Shown here one piece after another: positions 1 through 11,912 of a DNA stretch of 64,000 bases. Source of the DNA: Takakia lepidozioides (lineage: Eukaryota > Plantae > Bryophyta); NCBI GenBank assembly GCA_030704615.1, contig CM060731.1, positions 50,902,001 to 50,966,000 of the forward strand, written 5' to 3'. Positions within the stretch are counted from its first letter, which is position 1. Every line of letters starts with the position of its first letter. The position numbers and the translations under genes are program-made. The notes beneath the pieces were generated by a model. It was not told the origin of the DNA. It did no database searches and saw only the letters and a list, made by a program, of their open reading frames with translations.

Positions 1-3000
1 GAAAAGAACCCTTCACTGCCAGCCCAGACAGTGTGCGGCAACGCACACTGTTTGAGCTGAGCATTTCAATGTTTATGGGTGCAAAATTTGGACTTCAGGG
101 GCACCTGTGTGAGTGTGAAATGAACCCTTCACTGCCAGCTCAGACAGTGTGCGGCAACGCACACTGTTTGAGCTGGGCATTTCGGTGTTTCTGGGTGCAA
201 AATTTGGTCTTTGCTGTCTGTTATCTGAGGTTGAAATGAACCCTTCAAAACCAGCTCAAACAGCGTGCGGCAACGCACAATGTTTGAGCAGACCTTTTCA
301 ATGTTTTAGGGTTCAAAATTTGGTCTTGATGTCTGTTATGTTAGTGTGAAATGAACCCTTCACTGCCAGCTCAGACAGTGTGCGGCAACGCACACTGTTT
401 GAGCTGAGCATTTCAATGTTTCTGGATGCAAAATTGGACTTCAGGGGCACCTGTGTGAGTGTGAAATGAACCCTTCACTGCCAGCCAGACAGTGTGCGGC
501 AACGCACACTGTTTGAGCTGAGCATTTCAATGTTTCTGGGTGCAAAAATTGGACTTCAGGGGCACCAGTGTGAGTGTGAAATGAACCCTTCACTGCCAGC
601 TCAGACAGTGTGCGGCAACGCACACTGTTTGAGCTGAGCATTTCAATGTTTCTGGGTGAAATATTTGGACTTCAGGGGCACCTGTGTGAGTGTGAAAAGA
701 ACCCTTCACTGCCAGCTCAGACAGTGTGCGGCAACGCACACTGTTTGAGCTGAGCATTTCAATGTTTCTGGGTGAAATATTTGGACTTCAGGGGCACCTG
801 TGTGAGTGTGAAAAGAACCCTTCACTGCCAGCTCAGACAGTGTGCGGCAACGCACACTGTTTGAGCTGAGCATTTCAATGTTTCTGGATGCAAAAATTGG
901 ACTTCAGGGGCACCTGTGTGAGTGTGAAAAGAACCCTTCACTGCCAGCCCAGACAGTGTGCGGCAACGCACACTGTTTGAGCTGAGCATTTCAATGTTTC
1001 TGGGTGAAATATTTGGACTTCAGGGGCACCTGTGTGAGTGTGAAATGAACCCTTCACTGCCAGCTCAGACAGTGTGCGGCAACGCACACTGTTTGAGCTG
1101 AGCATTTCAATGTTTCTGGATGCAAAAATTGGACTTCAGGGGCACCTGTGTGAGTGTGAAATGAACCCTTCACTGCCAGCTCAGACAGTGTGCGGCAACG
1201 CACACTGTTTGAGCTGAGCATTTCAATGTTTCTGGATGCAAAAATTGGACTTCAGGGGCACCTGTGTGAGTGTGAAATGAACCCTTCACTGCCAGCTCAG
1301 ACAGTGTGCGGCAACGCACACTGTTTGAGCTGAGCATTTCAATGTTTCTGGATGCAAAAATTGGACTTCAGGGGCACCTGTGTGAGTGTGAAATGAACCC
1401 TTCACTGCCAGCTCAGACAGTGTGCGGCAACGCACACTGTTTGAGCTGAGCATTTCAATGTTTCTGGATGCAAAAATTGGACTTCAGGGGCACCTGTGTG
1501 AGTGTGAAATGAACCCTTCACTGCCAGCTCAGACAGTGTGCGGCAACGCACACTGTTTGAGCTGAGCATTTCAATGTTTCTGGGTGAAATATTTGGACTT
1601 CAGGGGCACCTGTGTGAGTGTGAAAAGAACCCTTCACTGCCAGCTCAGACAGTGTGCGGCAACGCACACTGTTTGAGCTGAGCATTTCAATGTTTCTGGC
1701 TGCAAAAATTGGACTTCAGGGGCACCTGTGTGAGTGTGAAAAGAACCCTTCACTGCCAGCCCAGACAGTGTGCGGCAACGCACACTGTTTGAGCTGAGCA
1801 TTTCAATGTTTCTGGGTGAAATATTTGGACTTCAGGGGCACCTGTGTGAGTGTGAAAAGAACCCTTCACTGCCAGCTCAGACAGTGTGCGGCAACGCACA
1901 CTGTTTGAGCTGAGCATTTCAATGTTTCTGGATGCAAAAATTGGACTTCAGGGGCACCTGTGTGAGTGTGAAATGAACCCTTCACTGCCAGCTCAGACAG
2001 TGTGCGGCAACGCACACTGTTTGAGCTGAGCATTTCAATGTTTCTGGATGCAAAAATTGGACTTCAGGGGCACCTGTGTGAGTGTGAAACGAACCCTTCA
2101 CTGCCAGCTCAGACAGTGTGCGGCAACGCACACTGTTTGAGCTGAGCATTTCAATGTTTCTGGATGCAAAAATTGGACTTCAGGGGCACCTGTGTGAGTG
2201 TGAAAAGAACCCTTCACTGCCAGCTCAGACAGTGTGCGGCAACGCACACTGTTTGAGCTGAGCATTTCAATGTTTCTGGGTGAAATATTTGGACTTCAGG
2301 GGCACCTGTGTGAGTGTGAAAAGAACCCTTCACTGCCAGCTCAGACAGTGTGCGGCAACGCACACTGTTTGAGCTGAGCATTTCAATGTTTCTGGATGCA
2401 AAAATTGGACTTCAGGGGCACCTGTGTGAGTGTGAAATGAACCCTTCACTGCCAGCTCAGACAGTGTGCGGCAACGCACACTGTTTGAGCTGAGCATTTC
2501 AATGTTTCTGGATGCAAAAATTGGACTTCAGGGGCACCTGTGTGAGTGTGAAAAGAACCCTTCACTGCCAGCCCAGACAGTGTGCGGCAACGCACACTGT
2601 TTGAGCTGAGCATTTCAATGTTTCTGGGTGAAATATTTGGACTTCAGGGGCACCTGTGTGAGTGTGAAATGAACCCTTCACTGCCAGCTCAGACAGTGTG
2701 CGGCAACGCACACTGTTTGAGCTGAGCATTTCAATGTTTCTGGATGCAAAAATTGGACTTCAGGGGCACCTGTGTGAGTGTGAAAAGAACCCTTCACTGC
2801 CAGCTCAGACAGTGTGCGGCAACGCACACTGTTTGAGCTGAGCATTTCAATGTTTCTGGATGCAAAAATTGGACTTCAGGGGCACCTGTGTGAGTGTGAA
2901 ATGAACCCTTCACTGCCAGCTCAGACAGTGTGCGGCAACGCACACTGTTTGAGCTGAGCATTTCAATGTTTCTGGATGCAAAAATTGGACTTCAGGGGCA

Positions 3001-6000
3001 CCTGTGTGAGTGTGAAATGAACCCTTCACTGCCAGCTCAGACAGTGTGCGGCAACGCACACTGTTTGAGCTGAGCATTTCAATGTTTCTGGATGCAAAAA
3101 TTGGACTTCAGGGGCACCTGTGTGAGTGTGAAAAGAACCCTTCACTGCCAGCTCAGACAGTGTGCGGCAACGCACACTGTTTGAGCTGAGCATTTCAATG
3201 TTTCTGGGTGAAATATTTGGACTTCAGGGGCACCTGTGTGAGTGTGAAAAGAACCCTTCACTGCCAGCTCAGACAGTGTGCGGCAACGCACACTGTTTGA
3301 GCTGAGCATTTCAATGTTTCTGGATGCAAAAATTGGACTTCAGGGGCACCTGTGTGAGTGTGAAATGAACCCTTCACTGCCAGCTCAGACAGTGTGCGGC
3401 AACGCACACTGTTTGAGCTGAGCATTTCAATGTTTCTGGATGCAAAAATTGGACTTCAGGGGCACCTGTGTGAGTGTGAAAAGAACCCTTCACTGCCAGC
3501 CAGACAGTGTGCGGCAACGCACACTGTTTGAGCTGAGCATTTCAATGTTTCTGGGTGAAATATTTGGACTTCAGGGGCACCTGTGTGAGTGTGAAATGAA
3601 CCCTTCACTGCCAGCTCAGACAGTGTGCGGCAACGCACACTGTTTGAGCTGAGCATTTCAATGTTTCTGGATGCAAAAATTGGACTTCAGGGGCACCTGT
3701 GTGAGTGTGAAAAGAACCCTTCACTGCCAGCTCAGACAGTGTGCGGCAACGCACACTGTTTGAGCTGAGCATTTCAATGTTTCTGGATGCAAAAATTGGA
3801 CTTCAGGGGCACCTGTGTGAGTGTGAAATGAACCCTTCACTGCCAGCTCAGACAGTGTGCGGCAACGCACACTGTTTGAGCTGAGCATTTCAATGTTTCT
3901 GGGTGCAAAAATTGGACTTCAGGGGCACCTGTGTGAGTGTGAAATGAACCCTTCACTGCCAGCTCAGACAGTGTGCGGCAACGCACACTGTTTGAGCTGA
4001 GCATTTCAATGTTTCTGGATGCAAAATTGGACTTCAGGGGCACCTGTGTGAGTGTGAAAAGAACCCTTCACTGCCAGCTCAGACAGTGTGCGGCAACGCA
4101 CACTGTTTGAGCTGAGCATTTCAATGTTTCTGGGTGAAATATTTGGACTTCAGGGGCACCTGTGTGAGTGTGAAAAGAACCCTTCACTGCCAGCTCAGAC
4201 AGTGTGCGGCAACGCACACTGTTTGAGCTGAGCATTTCAATGTTTCTGGATGCAAAAATTGGACTTCAGGGGCACCTGTGTGAGTGTGAAATGAACCCTT
4301 CACTGCCAGCTCAGACAGTGTGCGGCAACGCACACTGTTTGAGCTGAGCATTTCAATGTTTCTGGATGCAAAATTGGACTTCAGGGGCACCTGTGTGAGT
4401 GTGAAAAGAACCCTTCACTGCCAGCCCAGACAGTGTGCGGCAACGCACACTGTTTGAGCTGAGCATTTCAATGTTTCTGGGTGAAATATTTGGACTTCAG
4501 GGGCACCTGTGTGAGTGTGAAATGAACCCTTCACTGCCAGCTCAGACAGTGTGCGGCAACGCACACTGTTTGAGCTGAGCATTTCAATGTTTCTGGATGC
4601 AAAAATTGGACTTCAGGGGCACCTGTGTGAGTGTGAAAAGAACCCTTCACTGCCAGCTCAGACAGTGTGCGGCAACGCACACTGTTTGAGCTGAGCATTT
4701 CAATGTTTCTGGATGCAAAAATTGGACTTCAGGGGCACCTGTGTGAGTGTGAAATGAACCCTTCACTGCCAGCTCAGACAGTGTGCGGCAACGCACACTG
4801 TTTGAGCTGAGCATTTCAATGTTTCTGGATGCAAAAATTGGACTTCAGGGGCACCTGTGTGAGTGTGAAATGAACCCTTCACTGCCAGCTCAGACAGTGT
4901 GCGGCAACGCACACTGTTTGAGCTGAGCATTTCAATGTTTCTGGATGCAAAAATTGGACTTCAGGGGCACCTGTGTGAGTGTGAAAAGAACCCTTCACTG
5001 CCAGCTCAGACAGTGTGCGGCAACGCACACTGTTTGAGCTGAGCATTTCAATGTTTCTGGGTGAAATATTTGGACTTCAGGGGCACCTGTGTGAGTGTGA
5101 AAAGAACCCTTCACTGCCAGCTCAGACAGTGTGCGGCAACGCACACTGTTTGAGCTGAGCATTTCAATGTTTCTGGATGCAAAATTGGACTTCAGGGGCA
5201 CCTGTGTGAGTGTGAAATGAACCCTTCACTGCCAGCTCAGACAGTGTGCGGCAACGCACACTGTTTGAGCTGAGCATTTCAATGTTTCTGGATGCAAAAT
5301 TGGACTTCAGGGGCACCTGTGTGAGTGTGAAAAGAACCCTTCACTGCCAGCCCAGACAGTGTGCGGCAACGCACACTGTTTGAGCTGAGCATTTCAATGT
5401 TTCTGGGTGAAATATTTGGACTTCAGGGGCACCTGTGTGAGTGTGAAATGAACCCTTCACTGCCAGCTCAGACAGTGTGCGGCAACGCACACTGTTTGAG
5501 CTGAGCATTTCAATGTTTCTGGATGCAAAAATTTGGACTTCAGGGGCACCTGTGTGAGTGTGAAAGAACCCTTCACTGCCAGCTCAGACAGTGTGCGGCA
5601 ACGCACACTGTTTGAGCTGAGCATTTCAATGTTTCTGGTGCAAAATTTGGACTTCAGGGGCACCTGTGTGAGTGTGAAAAGAACCCTTCACTGCCAGCCC
5701 AGACAGTGTGCGGCAACGCACACTGTTTGAGCTGAGCATTTCAATGTTTCTGGGTGAAATATTTGGACTTCAGGGGCACCTGTGTGAGTGTGAAATGAAC
5801 CCTTCACTGCCAGCTCAGACAGTGTGCGGCAACGCACACTGTTTGAGCTGAGCATTTCAATGTTTCTGGATGCAAAATTGGACTTCAGGGGCACCTGTGT
5901 GAGTGTGAAAAGAACCCTTCACTGCCAGCTCAGACAGTGTGCGGCAACGCACACTGTTTGAGCTGAGCATTTCAATGTTTCTGGATGCAAAAATTGGACT

Positions 6001-7080
6001 TCAGGGGCACCTGTGTGAGTGTGAAATGAACCCTTCACTGCCAGCTCAGACAGTGTGCGGCAACGCACACTGTTTGAGCTGAGCATTTCAATGTTTCTGG
6101 ATGCAAAATTGGACTTCAGGGGCACCTGTGTGAGTGTGAAATGAACCCTTCACTGCCAGCTCAGACAGTGTGCGGCAACGCACACTGTTTGAGCTGAGCA
6201 TTTCAATGTTTCTGGATGCAAAAATTGGACTTCAGGGGCACCTGTGTGAGTGTGAAAAGAACCCTTCACTGCCAGCCCAGACAGTGTGCGGCAACGCACA
6301 CTGTTTGAGCTGAGCATTTCAATGTTTCTGGGTGAAAATTTGGACTTCAGGGGCACCTGTGTGAGTGTGAAATGAACCCTTCACTGCCAGCTCAGACAGT
6401 GTGCGGCAACGCACACTGTTTGAGCTGAGCATTTCAATGTTTCTGGATGCAAAAATTGGACTTCAGGGGCACCTGTGTGAGTGTGAAAAGAACCCTTCAC
6501 TGCCAGCTCAGACAGTGTGCGGCAACGCACACTGTTTGAGCTGAGCATTTCAATGTTTCTGGATGCAAAAATTGGACTTCAGGGGCACCTGTGTGAGTGT
6601 GAAATGAACCCTTCACTGCCAGCTCAGACAGTGTGCGGCAACGCACACTGTTTGAGCTGAGCATTTCAATGTTTCTGGATGCAAAAATTGGACTTCAGGG
6701 GCACCTGTGTGAGTGTGAAAAGAACCCTTCACTGCCAGCTCATTCAGTGTGCGGCAACGCACACTGTTTGAGCTGAGCATTTCAATGTTTCTGTGTGCAA
6801 AATTTGGACTTCAGGGGCACCTGTGTGAGTGTGAAAGAACCCTTCACTGCCAGCCCAGACAGTGTGCGGCAACGCACACTGTTTGAGCTGAGCATTTCAA
6901 TGTTTCTGGGTGCAAAATTTGGACTTCATGGGCACATTTTTGAGTATAAAATGAACCCTTCACTGTCAGCTCAAACAGTCTGCGGAACCGCACACTGTGT
7001 AGGCAGAACATATGAATATGGAAGGGCGCAACTTTCGGCCCTCATGGGCAGATATTTGAGCAGAACTTTTCAATGTTCTT
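1..7080. repeat. Tandem satellite array, 116-bp monomer, about 60 copies, each with an internal 18-bp inverted repeat
   Basis: Monomer GAAA(T/A)GAACCCTTCACTGCCAGC(T/C)CAGACAGTGTGCGGCAACGCACACTGTTTGAGCTGAGCATTTCAATGTTTCTGG(ATGCAAAAA/GTGAAATAT)TTGGACTTCAGGGGCACCTGTGTGAGTGT recurs every 115-116 bp. Copies are near-identical from about 350 to 6900 and diverged at 170-350 and 6900-7080. The array may continue left of the window. Confidence 0.98.
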
Positions 7081-7351
7081 TCCCTGTGTAAATCGGGAAC
7101 ATAGTGCATGTCCGTGAGGATCAATGAACACTTATCTGGCAGCTCAAAGAACACTTCCCTTTTTATCCCACTTTTTCATGCATCGGTCGACGTTTCATTC
7201 CTCTCTTATAAGAATTTGAGTGAACAACCTTGCAGGGGAAAATGCAAAGTGTGGCGGATGAGGTCCCTCAGGGTCAGGGGAAGGAGACCAAAGATGATGT
7301 TGACGATGAGTTTTATGAAAGCAAAGCCGCTGAGATGCTGGGGGTCAAAAG

Positions 7352-10300
7352 GTGAACTCTCAGCTTGTGGTTCAAAGTATGCTTGCTCCTGGTGGGAGGT
7401 TGAAGATTCCCCTGTGTAGGTTGGTTTCCATGCCCGTCGTTCGTCCACCCCTTGTCAAAGACATTCTCAAGCTGGAGGCCGAGTTTGTTCATGGGTATTT
7501 GGATGGATCCGCGGTCTTTTACGTTTCTACTAGGGATTCAAGAGGTAACGAGCTCCTTGTTGATGAGTCAATCGTCGACTCCTGGGACCCCATTTGGAGA
7601 CAGGTGAACGAATCCTTCGAACTTCTTCTCTCCAGAAAACCTTCCACCCAGGTATTCTCGGGGAAGATGTTTCACGTTTGGGATGGCAACCACCGGTTGC
7701 TTGCATGGATGGCTGTCATTGGGAGGCTGCACTCACAGGAGGAAGAGTGGCATTACTCTGTTCGATCGATGGTGCTTGATTGTGACGACAACATGATGGG
7801 TCTTCTGACGGCAATGAATGATGTGAACAGGTTGGTTTCTCATTGTACACGTTGCACTTCTGGTTCCGTTCTTCCTTGATTGAAGTCCTTGAATTACATT
7901 CTGAAATTCAGATATCATTCTGCAGAGGGACGGAGACATCGCATGTCAAAACGAGTCTGGTTCACACACTGTATAGGATACAAAGGATCGGGCAGATGCC
8001 CTTGACCAACTTCAAGACCATCCTTTCGGCAGAGATGTATAAGAAATGCGAAAGCTCCAAGACTTCGGAAACATGGTACTCGTTGACCCGTGAGGCTTTC
8101 ATGGAGTACATGTACACGGTGAGATACATCTTCCTTCATCTGGCCTTTCCATATTCCTGCTTCCACATGTTTGTTTCTCTCTGTCTCCCTTGACCTTGGA
8201 TTGATGCAACTCTCTTGCATTCCCTTGCAGCAAGACATTGCAGATGCAGGGGAGCGTGGCAAACTGGAATACTACAGCTCTACCCCTGAGGAGAGAAGGA
8301 CAGCAAAGGGAGTTGAAAGTCACATCCAGAAGGAGATGAACGCTACAAGAAGGACAATAATGAGTGCTTTTGTGAAGCAGTTGAGAATGGCCGACCCATC
8401 ATTCGGGCCGCAGTTTCTGCTGGAGATAAAAAACCATTATAACAAGCCAGGCAAGCCGGAGATGGCCCAGGAGAAGTTGCACAGGTTGTCTACCGCCGTC
8501 GTGTCTTCTGAACAGAAGGTGAAGTGGCTGCAGATATGGAACTCCGATCCCACAGTTAGGGATACCCACATGTTCCCAAGGCCAGAGAAGGAGAAGAAGA
8601 CCCAGCGTGTCGTTCCTGTCAGTGACAATGTGCTGGACAACTGGCTTCACAAGGCCACTTACTGGAGCCAGGTGTGATGTCCTCTCGTATCTCACTTTCT
8701 TTTCTCTTTTCCTGTCCTTCTCTTCCCATTGCCTCTTACATTCGCTGTGACTGTTTTTGGGTTCATTCTTCCATTTCAATTTTTTTGCAGTTGGAAGAAA
8801 GGGCCCGATCGGTTCTGCATACTCAGCTGGCTGACTATGGCATCACTATGACAGCTCCGAAGGTCTCCTTCGAAGCATACATGAGGAAATGGAGAGCCAC
8901 AGTGTGGCACTCTGGTTTCTTTAGAGAGTTCAGCAAGGAGGGTGGCATCAGTCGAACAAATGAGCTTGACCAGCAGGAAAAAGGAGAGGAAGCCTGGAAA
9001 CGATGCCTTTACAGGTGCACACCCTTGCACTCTTTGCTTGTGTTGTGGTTGCAATGTGTTGTGTGGCATACTGTTTAAGGGGGTCTTCCTGGTGTGTTGA
9101 AAAAGCTGGGACACAATATGTGCATTGGATAATGAGGCTGTGTCTGTTCGTGCAGGTACATTAAGTTTGTTCTCCTGGAAGAGAATTGCTTGGACAAACA
9201 TCCAGATTTCGTGGACCTTTGGCTTGTCCCTGCTGGCAACCAGACCATGTTCACTGCTGGGATCTTGCATGACTGGGGTCCGGACCATCTTTCTTCTTGT
9301 GGTTGGTATTTGGATTGCCCTCCTTCAGAGACCCCAGCTGTAGAGTTGTCTTTGAGGAGAGAGAATGACCGTATTGCAGCCACTGCCGCAGCAGCGGACC
9401 TCGACATTCATGAGCGTAATCTGAGGACTCTTGCAGAGAAGGAGCCTCCCGCTCAGGATACCCCGGGTAGAGGAAGAAAGGCAAAGGGAAAAGATGTTGC
9501 TGGTGTTGTGGGGACGGGAAGGGGTAGAGGGAAGGTGGCACAAGGGCAGGGAAGTGTTGCAGCTATTGGCCCTGTGGAGCATGTCCAGCAGACTCCACCG
9601 CATGGTAGGGGATCCGGGAGAAAAAACAAGGGTGTGGTTGATCCCAAGGACCCGTACCATGCAGTGGAACATCCCACGAGGGTCATTCGTCCAACCAGGT
9701 TGGAGATTGCCAACGTCGGGTTCCTTGCCATGATGGAGTCGAAGAAATCTGATTACAAGGGCGAGCCATCACCAGTGTGGGAGAGGATTGTCGAGTTCCT
9801 CAGCACGGTGCGTGTTCTCTTTGGGTTCTGTGGCTTCTGCTCTCTTTGTCTGCTGTGGGCATGGATCGTTTATAAACTTGTCAGAATTCCATTGTATTTT
9901 TGTTTGCAGGCTAAAATGACCAAATCGTGGGTGAACGGGAAGGAGAAGCCATATGCAGCGGAACTCATCATCTTGGACATCCCTGATGGGTTGGCAGTCC
10001 CGGATATCCCACCATCGGGTGCTTGTCCGGGTTGGAATGCATTTGATGAGCGCTACTGGCGGTGGGTTTTTTCCTTTTGCAACTTCTTCCTTTCCGATGC
10101 AGGTGTTTTGGTTCTCATCCAGTCCATCGATGTTCGGTGTCGCCGTGCCCTTGCCAGCTATTTGAAAGCCTCGGGCATGAGAGTCCTGAAGACATGGAAT
10201 TGTGTGAACAGCATGTACCTTACGAAGGGGGATCGTCCGGGAGAGATGGTGAGTTTCCCTTCTTCTTCCTCTTCTTTTTTGTTCTGGGATTGTGTTGTGT

Positions 10301-10970
10301 AGGTCGCTCAAACTCATATGTAGGGGCCCGATTTTATTTTGGTTCTTAGTTCCTTCTGGATGTCATGTTCGCAGACTCGTCTGTTTGAAGCTGTTTGTCT
10401 CGTCCGGGTGCATCCACCAACGACTCCGGCCGGCATTACGGAGTTCGCCATCACTCACGGGGGCAAGTTCATAGATGACAGGACAGATCCTCCCACGGAT
10501 GACATGCATCACAACTACGTCGACAGCAACGTGTGCTTGCGAAGGGGGAATGGGGTTCCTTGGAGAGGGGCGAGGGAGAGGAGCCCGGCTTTCATTCAAA
10601 CGATTGTGGAGTGCTGCACCTACACAGACGCCAGAGTTCTGGATTTGTCGATGGGCACAGGTTCGTCCCTTCAACATTCACATTTCATGAGGTTTGATTG
10701 AGCTTGCACTTTCAGCACTTTCCACCGTTCCGAATGTGTCTTCAATGTCTGCTTACTTCATTCTATTCCACTGCAGGTGCTTCGTACCACGCTTGCAAGG
10801 CCAGTGCGCGACATGTCTTTGGGATTGAAGGGGATGCTGAGATTTACAAGAACCTCCTGATGGGTTTGGGTGGACACACTTCTCAGGTCCTTCCGAAGCC
10901 CCGTCCCGCTGATACTGGTACAGAGGAGACTTCTGACAAGGAGCTGGACTCCGACTTTGCCTGTGAGTAA
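7352..10970 (+). CDS. Multi-exon gene (about 930 aa): N-terminal ParB/Sulfiredoxin-like domain fused to a C-terminal beta-class N4-cytosine/N6-adenine DNA methyltransferase-like domain
   Basis: Exons inferred at 7352(ATG 7379)-7830, 7926-8118, 8231-8671, 8791-9014, 9156-9807, 9910-10248, 10375-10660 and 10777-10970. All introns are GT..AG, phases match, and the summed length is 2808 nt with no internal stop. ParB-like motif MFHVWDGNHRLLAW. MTase motifs in beta order: ELIILDIPDG (motif IV-like), FLSDAGVLVLI, then ERSPAFIQTIVECCTYTDARVLDLSMGTG|ASYHACKASARHVFGIEGD (motifs X-I-II). The true start and the last exon are uncertain. Confidence 0.8.
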
Positions 10971-11604
10971 GTTGAACCTGTGCATGCTTGCATTGTTGTT
11001 TCATTATCGAGAATCGCTGTTCTTGAGGCAAAGTGCAAATGGGAGACATCCTCTTCGTTGGACTTGTGCATTGCATCATTGTGTTAAAAATGGAATTTTG
11101 TGGACATGTGTAGGAGTCCGCGTGCTTCCACTTGCCCTCCTGGGCTATCACACCTATTTGGACTTGTTTTCAGTCCTCCTCGGTCTTGTGTGCTACCTGT
11201 CTATGCGGAGGCACTCGCAGCAAGCATGTCCGTTCATGGCACTCAGAGTCCACCTTGCGATGGCCTTCGTAGAACACGTGGTGTTGGGGCCAGAATCTTT
11301 GTAGATGACATAGCACAGGAGGTGGACATTGATTGTGATGACTGCGACACTTGATATGAAGTATTCTTTTGGTTTAATTCTGGGACAAATTTGAAATGGG
11401 ATGGTTGTGTGTCCTTATTGTCCTCTTTGCAATGTGTGCATGGAATTCACATTCATGGTTCCAAACTATTGTTGGAGATGGGGGTTGCATGGACTGCCCG
11501 GATTGTTCCTTCAATATATTTGTTGTTTTGTGGACCTCACAGACTTGAGTACATTGCAAAAACAAACAAACCACTTTGTTCTCAATTCTCAATTCTCCCC
11601 ACAT

Positions 11605-11912
11605 CAACCCGCGGAAATAGGTGACCCCACTCGGAAATAGGTGACATCCGCGGAAATAGGCACTGTTTGCATGCTGACGTGGCGTGAGCCTGTGCTGGGC
11701 TCACGCTTTCCTGGGCTCACAGGCTCACGCCTCCAGGCTTACGGAATAGCACCCCCCCATTCTGATGACTGCCATGTCAGCCGGATATTGGCATGTCAGC
11801 GCGACCCCACGCTCACGCCACATCAGCTGGTGTGAGCTTGCGCTCACACCACATCACCTCCGCGTGAGCGTACACTCTCACGCTCACACGTAAGTCACGT
11901 CCGGTCCAAGTG
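11605..11912. mobile_element. Putative right terminus/subterminal repeat region of a DNA element containing the satellite and the ParB-MTase gene
   Basis: Three CGGAAATAGG motifs at about 20-bp spacing (11612-11660) and many GCTCAC/GTGAGC motifs in both orientations (11684-11890). The segment ends ...CCAAGTG (reverse complement CACTTGG) where Copia gag sequence begins. Confidence 0.45.

Noticed and set aside
1-7080. CRISPR array
   Set aside because: The palindromic repeat is suggestive, but the intervening sequence is also repeated (no unique spacers), there are no cas genes, and the context is eukaryotic.
1-7080. 5S rDNA or tRNA tandem array
   Set aside because: Unit length is close to 5S rRNA, but the sequence lacks 5S conserved motifs, spacers and a tRNA cloverleaf.
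33-7154. Short 65-98 aa ORFs in the satellite
   Set aside because: They are by-products of the repeat and appear only where 1-bp indels shift stop codons.
11100-11354. Extra last exon of the ParB-MTase gene
   Set aside because: A GTGAGT donor exists at 10963, but its phase does not match the obvious acceptors at about 11112 and 11172. Left unresolved and excluded from the CDS.
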